Source: an uncultured bacterium (GTDB taxonomy: Bacteria > Patescibacteriota > Minisyncoccia > Phycocordibacterales > GWA1-40-21). Taken from it: 64,000 nucleotides of DNA. The stretch lies in NCBI GenBank assembly GCA_903832855.1, contig CAILDB010000014.1:64144-128143 (forward strand), written 5' to 3'. The translations under genes were made by a program, and so were the position numbers. The notes below the pieces were generated by a model. The model ran no database searches, had not been told where the DNA came from, and was given only the letters and a program-made list of their open reading frames with translations. Of the stretch, positions 38,584 to 45,668 are shown in pieces (position 1 is the first letter of the stretch; every line of letters starts with the position of its first letter).

Positions 38584-39846
38584 GTGAAAAAAAGTTTAAA
38601 ATCAAAACTAAAATTAAAGACGTCAAAAACAATTTTGCATATGGATGGGGATGCGTTTTTTGTGGGTGTGGAAATGGCAAAAAATCCAAAGCTTCTGGGG
38701 AAGGCGGTGGTGACAGGTGAGGAGAGGGGGATTGTGTCGGCACTTTCATATGAGGCAAAGGCGCTGGGTGTGGTTCGTGGGATGCCGATATTTCGTTTGA
38801 AAAAAGAATTTCCGAATGTGATTATCTTGCCTGGGGATTATGCTTCGTACGCGAAATATTCTGGAATGATGTTTGATATTGTTCGTAGGTATGCGGATGA
38901 TGTGGAGGAGTACAGCATTGATGAATGTTTTGCGGATCTTACTGGGCTTGAGCCACCTCTCAAGATGACTTACAAGCAAATTGCTGAGCGGATTAAAAAA
39001 GAAATAAATGATGAGCTTCATTTGTCTGTGTCTGTGGGGCTTGCACCGACGAAAGTTCTTGCAAAAGTGGCGTCAAAATGGGAGAAGCCAAATGGGATGA
39101 CGGTGATAGATAAAAAGAGTGCCCCAGATTTTCTTGACCGGACTTCGGTCGAGAAAATCTGGGGCATTGGTCCGAAGACGGCCGAGTTTTTGAAAACGCG
39201 ATTTATAAAAACCGCAGGAGATTTTGTCAGAAAAGATATTGATTGGGTGCGAAGGAACCTTTCAAAACCATATGAAATTATCTGGCGTGAGCTTCAGGGT
39301 GAGTACATTATGGAAATTGATCCTGTGCCGAAGACTATTTATTCATCAATTCAAAAAACTCGCTCATTTCATCCATCCACAAATGACAAAATTTTTCTTC
39401 TCTCTCAACTTTCCAAAAATATTGAGGAAGCCTGCAGGAAGGCGAGGCATTACAAACTTGTTCCGAAAAAAGTTTCTCTTTTCTTGAAAGACAAGGATTT
39501 TAAATTTACAAATTGTTTGATTCCACTTCCTTCACCGACAAATGCTCCGGAAATTATTATTCCTCTTGCCGAAGCGAAGTTTAAAGAAATGCATACCAAG
39601 GGAATTCTTTATCGTACTACAGGTGTGACCTTGCAAGAACTTATTTCTGACTCTGTTTCGCAAGGTGATTTGTTTGGCGGGAGTGAAAAGGCGAATAAAT
39701 TTGAAATTATTCACAAACAGATTGATTCTCTTGAAGAAAAATTTGGTAAAAGAGTGATTTATTTGGGCTCTACACACGAGGCATTAAAGAAAAAAGAAAA
39801 GGGGACAGACGCGGATGATTTGGACAGAGATTTGCTATTTCTTTAG
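38584..39846 (+). CDS. dinB: DNA polymerase IV (Y-family); GTG start, or ATG at 38641
   Basis: ILHMDGDAFFVGVEM and SIDECFADLTG catalytic motifs. Confidence 0.85.
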   Translation: MKKSLKSKLKLKTSKTILHMDGDAFFVGVEMAKNPKLLGKAVVTGEERGIVSALSYEAKALGVVRGMPIFRLKKEFPNVIILPGDYASYAKYSGMMFDIVRRYADDVEEYSIDECFADLTGLEPPLKMTYKQIAERIKKEINDELHLSVSVGLAPTKVLAKVASKWEKPNGMTVIDKKSAPDFLDRTSVEKIWGIGPKTAEFLKTRFIKTAGDFVRKDIDWVRRNLSKPYEIIWRELQGEYIMEIDPVPKTIYSSIQKTRSFHPSTNDKIFLLSQLSKNIEEACRKARHYKLVPKKVSLFLKDKDFKFTNCLIPLPSPTNAPEIIIPLAEAKFKEMHTKGILYRTTGVTLQELISDSVSQGDLFGGSEKANKFEIIHKQIDSLEEKFGKRVIYLGSTHEALKKKEKGTDADDLDRDLLFL

Positions 39847-39956
39847 TCTTAGCTTGCGGGGGCTGTTAAAAATATGTGGATATGATATAATAGTCATTAT
39901 TAGCTTATTAGTTTTAATTAAGCCAAATCCGCTATTGCGGACGGCAAAATAAAAAT

Positions 39957-40208
39957 ATGGCAGAAAAAAAAGTGTCAGCGTTTATGCAACCAAAGAAGTT
40001 GAGCCCAGAGTTAGAGGCAGTGGTAGGAAAAGGTCCAATGGCTAGATCAGAAATTGTAAAAAAGATCTGGGTCTATATCAAAGCAAACAATCTTCAGGAT
40101 ACTAAGGACAAGAGAATGATTAATTGTGATGCCAAACTCAAACCAATTTTTGGTGACAAGGTTCACATGATGAAAATGGCTGGCTTTATCTCAAAGCACA
40201 TTTCGTAA
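39957..40208 (+). CDS. SWIB/MDM2 domain protein
   Basis: LSPELEAVVG...SRSEIVKKIWVYIKANNLQD...INCDAKLKPIFG matches the SWIB pattern. Confidence 0.7.
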   Translation: MAEKKVSAFMQPKKLSPELEAVVGKGPMARSEIVKKIWVYIKANNLQDTKDKRMINCDAKLKPIFGDKVHMMKMAGFISKHIS

Positions 40209-40236
40209 TCTCGTAAAGGAAATTTAAAAACAAAAG

Positions 40237-40270
40237 GCCCGCGAATGAGAATTCGCGGGCTTTTTGTTTT
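40237..40270 (+). terminator. Intrinsic terminator
   Basis: ggcccgcgaat-gaga-attcgcgggc + tttttgtttttg. Confidence 0.65.
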
Positions 40271-40305
40271 TGGTGGATTTTGTCATTTTGTGCTAATCTT
40301 TCCAT

Positions 40306-41733
40306 ATGGTTCAAAAAGCCCCAAAATCGGTTAAAAAGCCTAAACAAGACAAAGGCCCCAAGCTGACATACGATGTGGTGGTGATAGGTGGTGGGCCTGC
40401 AGGGCTTATGTCCGCTTGCATTTCTGCTGAAAACGGAGCAAAAGTCCTTCTACTAGAGAAGAACGAAGAAATGGGTAAAAAGCTTCTAATTTCCGGTGGT
40501 GGCAGATGTAACATCACAAATGCTGATCCAGACAAAAGAAAATTTGTTTCAAAGTTTGGTAAAAAGGGTGACCTTTTATTTAGTCCTCTTTCTGTCTTTG
40601 GTGTGCAGGATACGATTCAGTTTTTTAATAATTTAGGAGTGAAAACAAAAGTTGAAGCTGGTTTTCGTGTGTTTCCTGAGAGTGATAATTCTTCTGATGT
40701 TCTTGAAGCTTTCGTGCAAAAGGCAAAAAAAGTTGGAGTGGAATTTAAAACTTCTGCGGAGGTTATGGGATTTAAGACATTGTCACTCCCGTCTTTGCGA
40801 GGGTCTTCCCGAAGCAATCCAGATTCCGATTCTTTAGATTGCTTCGCTTCACTCGCAAAGACAGAGGAGATGGATTCCGGCCTTCGCCGGAATGACAGAA
40901 AAGAGGAAGGAAACGACAGAGGGAAAATCTCTGCAGTAATTTTGAAAAATGGGGAAGAAGTAGTTGGAAAGAAATTTATTTTGGCGACTGGCGGAATGTC
41001 ACACCCAGAAACTGGCTCTACCGGTGATGGTTTCAAATGGCTTACTGAAATTGGTCACAAAGTTGCAAAACCAAATCCTTCTCTTGTGCCAATTAAAATT
41101 TCTGAGTCGTGGATTGGCGATTTTTCTGGAATTACTTTGGAAAATGTTGGAATTTCAATCTGGCAAAATGGCACGAAAAGTATAAATAAAAAAGGCAGAG
41201 TTCTTTTTACACACAACGGACTTTCCGGCCCGATGATTTTGAATATGAGCAAAGATATTGGCGACCTTTTACAATACGGCGAAGTGAAAGTCGCAATAGA
41301 TTTTTATTCCGGAGTCGGACTTGATGAAATGCACGAGAATTTCAATAAACTATTCAAAGAGCATTCAAATAAAAAAATAAAAAATCTTGTTTTGCCGGAA
41401 GTCCCAGCAAAAATATTTGAAAAAATTCTTGAACTTCTTGAAATTGACGGAGAAATAGAAATGCACTCAATTTTCAGGGAGGAAAGATTTTCTCTGATAG
41501 AAAAATTAAAAAAGTTTGAGCTCACGGTCGGCGGACTATTGGGCTTTGATAAGGCGATAATCTCAAGTGGTGGACTGGACCTTTCTGAAGTTGATTTTAA
41601 AACAATGGGTTCCAAGCTTTACAATAATTTATTTTTTGCCGGTGACATTTTGGATTTCGATAGACCTTCTGGAGGATTTTCTTTGCAGTTATGCTGGACC
41701 ACAGGTTATATTGCTGGTAAGAACATCAAATAG
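40306..41733 (+). CDS. NAD(P)/FAD-dependent oxidoreductase, HI0933/YhiN (BaiN-like) family, with ~45-aa in-frame repeat insertion
   Basis: YDVVVIGGGPAGLMSA...LISGGGRCNITN; insertion LSLPSLRGSSRSNPDSDSLDCFASLAKTEEMDSGLRRNDRKEE encoded by family-2 + family-1 repeats. Confidence 0.75.
   Translation: MVQKAPKSVKKPKQDKGPKLTYDVVVIGGGPAGLMSACISAENGAKVLLLEKNEEMGKKLLISGGGRCNITNADPDKRKFVSKFGKKGDLLFSPLSVFGVQDTIQFFNNLGVKTKVEAGFRVFPESDNSSDVLEAFVQKAKKVGVEFKTSAEVMGFKTLSLPSLRGSSRSNPDSDSLDCFASLAKTEEMDSGLRRNDRKEEGNDRGKISAVILKNGEEVVGKKFILATGGMSHPETGSTGDGFKWLTEIGHKVAKPNPSLVPIKISESWIGDFSGITLENVGISIWQNGTKSINKKGRVLFTHNGLSGPMILNMSKDIGDLLQYGEVKVAIDFYSGVGLDEMHENFNKLFKEHSNKKIKNLVLPEVPAKIFEKILELLEIDGEIEMHSIFREERFSLIEKLKKFELTVGGLLGFDKAIISSGGLDLSEVDFKTMGSKLYNNLFFAGDILDFDRPSGGFSLQLCWTTGYIAGKNIK
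40791..40868 (+). repeat. Family-2 palindromic element, in-frame in flavoprotein gene
   Basis: gtctttgcgag-ggtcttccc-gaagcaatc-cagattccgattctttag-gattgcttc-gcttcact-ctcgcaaagac-agag; nested inverted repeats. Confidence 0.8.
40872..40898 (-). repeat. Family-1 palindromic unit, in-frame in flavoprotein gene, immediately after the family-2 element
   Basis: ggattccggccttcgccggaatgacag. Confidence 0.8.
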
Positions 41734-41753
41734 GATATGCTTGCCCCGTAGTA

Positions 41754-41793
41754 AACCGAGTCTGCGAGGTTTTACTACTAGGGTGGCGGGAAA
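41754..41793 (+). terminator. CCCCGTAGTAA hairpin family after flavoprotein gene
   Basis: ccccgtagtaaaccgagtctgcgaggttttactactaggg. Confidence 0.5.
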
Positions 41794-41901
41794 AAGCGCC
41801 TCAAACTAACTCTCTTGTTAAAAATAAAAAACTATTGTAGTCTTTAAAACAGATGCTCTTTAAACAAAGAGCACAACAAGTAGCAAGCCGGCGTCTGACG
41901 G

Positions 41902-42639
41902 GTGTCAGATAATGGGGCGTTACGGAAAGGCAAAATGAGTGCAAGAAAATGGGATTGGGCTGTCGTGGGTAAGGCGTGGTCTGTCTTGAATCAGATCACG
42001 AACAAGTTCCGTCAGTTGATAGAAAAAACTGACTGTGGCATTGACTGGGCATTTCTGGAGTGGCTAGCGACAAAGGCACCTGAGAAGCTTTACTCAGATT
42101 TGTTGGGTAATGCCATAAACGCTTGGCAGGCTTCAATGTCGGCGAAACGAATTCAGGAGCGGGCAAGCATGCTCGAATTTACAATGAGTCAATGCCTAGC
42201 CACACAAGCTCAAGCGGAGGAGTGGTGTAGTAATCGTTTCGGTGGTCGATGGAGAATTGCGTCGTTTACTGATCTCGCAAGATTACGCCAACAAGGATTT
42301 GATATTCCTAGTGGTGTCTTCTGGAATAAAGAAAATGGTGGGTTGATAGGCTCTGTTTGTTATACTGGACAGAGATTCGTGGTGGTTAACATACCGAAAG
42401 ATGCTAAATGTTACACGATTTGTGTTCGTGAAAAATTGTTTACTTGTTCTGGAGATTCTTTTTTTCACAAATGCGAAGGAAGAAAGTGCCCACATCGTCT
42501 GCCTCATACTGAGCTTGATAATTGTACGAAAAGGATTCTCAATAATGAGCGCGGTTGGTGCAGCGCACCAGGTACGAAATCCATGATTAATCAAGGAGAG
42601 GAAGACGGGGCTTTGGTCACTTGTGTACCGGTGAAATAG
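41902..42639 (+). CDS. Cytoplasmic DUF1566 (Lcl C-terminal-like) domain protein with C-terminal Cys-rich HKC..RKCPHR domain
   Basis: WRIASFTDLARL...VRE (DUF1566); C-terminal 70 aa homologous to the 22255 ORF; no signal peptide. Confidence 0.55.
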   Translation: MSDNGALRKGKMSARKWDWAVVGKAWSVLNQITNKFRQLIEKTDCGIDWAFLEWLATKAPEKLYSDLLGNAINAWQASMSAKRIQERASMLEFTMSQCLATQAQAEEWCSNRFGGRWRIASFTDLARLRQQGFDIPSGVFWNKENGGLIGSVCYTGQRFVVVNIPKDAKCYTICVREKLFTCSGDSFFHKCEGRKCPHRLPHTELDNCTKRILNNERGWCSAPGTKSMINQGEEDGALVTCVPVK

Positions 42640-42715
42640 TACCGATTGCTTCCGTGTAGTTTCAGCTTTTGCGAAACTACACGGATTTTTTTTAAAAAAT
42701 GTGGGGCAGAAAAAG

Positions 42716-42750
42716 TTTGACAAAAAATAGCCTACGGCGTATAAATAAAT
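42716..42750 (+). promoter_or_regulatory. Sigma70-like promoter (TTGACA-N17-TATAAA) for the 42798 gene
   Basis: ttgacaaaaaatagcctacggcgtataaat. Confidence 0.5.
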
Positions 42751-42797
42751 CGGAAGTTTGTTAGCTCTCTTTCATAACTGAAGCACAACGCTTCGGA

Positions 42798-43322
42798 ATG
42801 GCGGACGGCGACAATACAAAGGAAGAGGAGAAACTGACCATGAGTAAAAACATGCTCGGTGTGGCGCTCTGCGAAGTACGCGGACTGCTGAATCAGTTGA
42901 TGGAAAATCTCTGCGGTAAAGATTGGGAAAAGTGGCTTGAAGCCCTCAAAACCTTTCTTCGTGGAGAGCCGACTTTTGCTGAGGAGATGATTTATCCTCC
43001 GCTTAGGTGGAGTACCGACCTAGGGGAAATTCCTCGAGTCAATCTTTTGTCCCAAACTTCGTCATACTGTCGACAATTTGGAGAGGGATGGAGATTACCA
43101 ACAGAAAAAGAACTCGCCAGAGCCATGAAAAATACGGAGCTGGCTAATGAATTTGCTCTTTTAAAATATTATTGGACTTCAACATCTCATTCAGATGCTG
43201 ACAAAAAGATGACAGTCTTATATCGCCATCAAGACGAAGGCGTTAGTTATTCTAGAGAAGATTGGCTTGGTAATCAGAAGAATCCATATCTGCGGTTGTG
43301 TCGTACGAGGGAGTTTGCTTGA
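42798..43322 (+). CDS. Cytoplasmic DUF1566 domain protein (paralog of 41902)
   Basis: GEGWRLPTEKELARAM...YWTSTS...LRLCRTRE; shares the N-terminal LNQL..DW..WLE segment with 41902. Confidence 0.55.
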   Translation: MADGDNTKEEEKLTMSKNMLGVALCEVRGLLNQLMENLCGKDWEKWLEALKTFLRGEPTFAEEMIYPPLRWSTDLGEIPRVNLLSQTSSYCRQFGEGWRLPTEKELARAMKNTELANEFALLKYYWTSTSHSDADKKMTVLYRHQDEGVSYSREDWLGNQKNPYLRLCRTREFA

Positions 43323-43400
43323 TTGAAGAAGGGCGTCTTTTTCCCGAAGGGAAAAAGACGCCTGTTTTTTTGGGAAAAAAAATGATATTATGAATAAAAT

Positions 43401-45164
43401 ATGATAGAGAAAGTACTGGAAAATTTAATAAAAAAAGCATTGGAGTCGCTTGGAATTGAGGGAGCGGAAACTTTGAATGTGAGTTTGGAACATCCAGAGG
43501 TGATGGCTCATGGAGATTATTCTACAAATGTTGCGATGGTGCTGGCGAAAAAGATGGGGGAAAATCCGAGGGAGCTGGCGGGGAAGATTAAAGAGGAGAT
43601 GGATTCCGTTCTTCAACGGAATGACAGAGGGGAAAATATGATAGAGAAAATTGAAGTTGCAGGGCCGGGGTTTATTAATTTTTATTTAGCGAAAAAAGTT
43701 TTTGAAAATGGGGTGGGGGAGATTTTGAAGGATGGTAATCAATATGGTCGTAATAATATTTTAGATGGTCAGAGAACAATTATTGACTACACTGACCCAA
43801 ATCCGTTTAAGGATTTTCATATTGGGCACTTAATGAGTAATGCAATTGGCGAGTCACTTTCAAGAATAATGGAGGCGAACGGAGCTATCGTAAAAAGGGC
43901 CAATTATCAAGGCGATGTGGGTATTCATGTTGCTAAAGCAATCTGGGGTGCATTTAAAATGCTTAACGAGTCAGAGTGCAAGAAAGCATTTTTTGGGGGT
44001 TGGTTTGGTCTTGGAAAAAATTCAAAAATTTGGGGACAGGCGTATACTTTAGGTGCGATAGCTTTTGAAACAGATGAAAATGCAAAAAAGGAAATAACTA
44101 ATCTGAATAAGAAGATTTACGATCGTTCGGATGGAAAAATAAATAAACTTTATGATATTGGGAGAAAAACATCCCTAGAATATTTTGAAAAGATTTATAA
44201 AATTCTTGGCACAAAATTTGACTACTATTTTTTTGAAAGCGAAGTGGATGATTTAGGGAAGGCGATTGTGCTTGAGGCTATGGCGAAGGGTTATTTTGAA
44301 AAAAGCGATGGGGCGGTAATTTTCCGAGGGGAGAAATATGATCCGCTTTTGCATACTCGGGTTTTTATTAGTTCCCAGGGATTACCAACATATGAGGCAA
44401 AAGAAATTGGTTTAACAAAAGAAAAATATCGCCGATTTGCTTTTGATAAAACAATTGCTGTTACAGGAAACGAAATTAACGATTATTACAGAGTAGTCAA
44501 AAAAGCGATGGAATTTACTATACCTGATTTGGCTTCTAAAGTGGTGCATATTGGTCATGGAATGTTGCGACTACCTTCTGGTAAAATGTCATCTCGAACA
44601 GGACAGGTAATTACGGGTGAGTCATTGCTTACCGAAATACAAAAAAATATTTTGGAAAAAATGAGAGATCGAATGATGTCAAAAAAAGAAAAAACGCAAA
44701 TAGCAGAAATCGTGGCGGTGGGAGCATTGAAATATTCCATTTTGAAACAAGCTGCCGGTGGGGATATTATTTTTGATTTTGACAAGTCAATTTCTTTTGA
44801 GGGGGATTCTGGACCATATTTGCAATATTCATATGTTCGTGCAAAATCTGTTTTGGAAAAAGCAAAAGATGAAAATGTAAAAGCAAAAATAAACAAAGGT
44901 GATTCTGACGGAAGTGTTTTGGAAAAAATGCTTTTGAGATTTACGGAAGTGGTGGAAAGGGCGGGAAGGGAATACTCGCCACATTATCTTGCGATTTATC
45001 TGACTGAACTTGCATCTGCATTCAGCACTTTTTATGCAGAAGGAAAAATTGTGGACAAAACCGACGCAAAATCTCCTTACAAAATTGCTCTTACGCAAGC
45101 TTTTTCTGTCGTGATGAAAAGCGGATTGAATCTTTTGGGGATAAAGGTGCCCGAAAAAATGTAG
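43401..45164 (+). CDS. argS: Arginyl-tRNA synthetase (with 9-aa in-frame repeat insertion)
   Basis: FHIGHLMSNAIGESL (HIGH) and GKMSSRTG (KMSK-like); AGPGFINFYL; insertion MDSVLQRND from the family-1 unit. Confidence 0.9.
   Translation: MIEKVLENLIKKALESLGIEGAETLNVSLEHPEVMAHGDYSTNVAMVLAKKMGENPRELAGKIKEEMDSVLQRNDRGENMIEKIEVAGPGFINFYLAKKVFENGVGEILKDGNQYGRNNILDGQRTIIDYTDPNPFKDFHIGHLMSNAIGESLSRIMEANGAIVKRANYQGDVGIHVAKAIWGAFKMLNESECKKAFFGGWFGLGKNSKIWGQAYTLGAIAFETDENAKKEITNLNKKIYDRSDGKINKLYDIGRKTSLEYFEKIYKILGTKFDYYFFESEVDDLGKAIVLEAMAKGYFEKSDGAVIFRGEKYDPLLHTRVFISSQGLPTYEAKEIGLTKEKYRRFAFDKTIAVTGNEINDYYRVVKKAMEFTIPDLASKVVHIGHGMLRLPSGKMSSRTGQVITGESLLTEIQKNILEKMRDRMMSKKEKTQIAEIVAVGALKYSILKQAAGGDIIFDFDKSISFEGDSGPYLQYSYVRAKSVLEKAKDENVKAKINKGDSDGSVLEKMLLRFTEVVERAGREYSPHYLAIYLTELASAFSTFYAEGKIVDKTDAKSPYKIALTQAFSVVMKSGLNLLGIKVPEKM
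43601..43627 (-). repeat. Family-1 palindromic unit in-frame in argS
   Basis: ggattccgttcttcaacggaatgacag. Confidence 0.8.
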
Positions 45165-45246
45165 GAACATTTTTTCGGGCCATGTTTCCCCTTATCTCCA
45201 GAAGACGGCTTAAAACCTACCCATTTCACCTGTGGATAACTTTTGC

Positions 45247-45274
45247 TTGACTTTTAATTCAAAGGTGGTATACT
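45247..45274 (+). promoter_or_regulatory. Near-consensus sigma70 promoter (TTGACT-N16-TATACT)
   Basis: ttgacttttaattcaaaggtggtatact; predicted TSS ~45281. Confidence 0.6.
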
Positions 45275-45280
45275 ACTAGG

Positions 45281-45612
45281 GTATGTTGGACATTCATTGT
45301 GAGTGTTCATCAAGAAAGGGTAAAAGTATGTGTTATCGCAATAGGGCTGTTAGTTCCGCAGGGTTTAAATCTCACACGCCACGGGTGCCCGCCTTTCTTC
45401 GTGAAGGGGTGCGCACCTCGCCGGCAAGGACGGGAAATACTGTGCAATGTGCCCAGGAAAATAAGAAGCGGAATGAGGTGCGCGTGTGGCGTGCCGACAG
45501 CGTGGTAGTGGGCTGAGTTCCACTTTCGTTAACTAAGGTTTTCTGCGTCTAGGAAACGCATCAGAACCGCCCCGAGTTTCGCTTTGCCGTTTTAGGCAAG
45601 CGAAACTCGGGG
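45281..45612 (+). ncRNA. Candidate GC-rich structured RNA / ileS leader (identity unresolved)
   Basis: ~58% GC core in a ~35% GC genome; strong promoter; long stem tgtgag...ctcaca enclosing AUCA; ends at a 19-bp terminator; overlapping ORFs are Arg-rich artefacts. Confidence 0.45.
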
Positions 45613-45623
45613 TTTTATTTTTG
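45570..45623 (+). terminator. Strong intrinsic terminator immediately upstream of ileS
   Basis: ccccgagtttcgctttgcc-gttttag-gcaagcgaaactcgggg + ttttatttttg. Confidence 0.8.
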
Positions 45624-45668
45624 TTCAAAAACTGATAGAATAGGATTTCAAGTTTTAAATAAGCAAAA

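Noticed and set aside
45283-45516. Two overlapping small + strand ORFs (77 and 69 aa)
   Set aside because: Arg/Cys/Gly-rich products typical of translated GC-rich RNA; no RBS. The region is better explained as non-coding.
45281-45612. Confident call as RNase P RNA, tmRNA, SRP RNA or T-box
   Set aside because: P4 (AGGAAAGUCCGG / ACAGAACCCGGCUUA), tmRNA termini, SRP domain IV and the T-box 14-mer could not be located by eye. Kept only as a generic candidate structured RNA.
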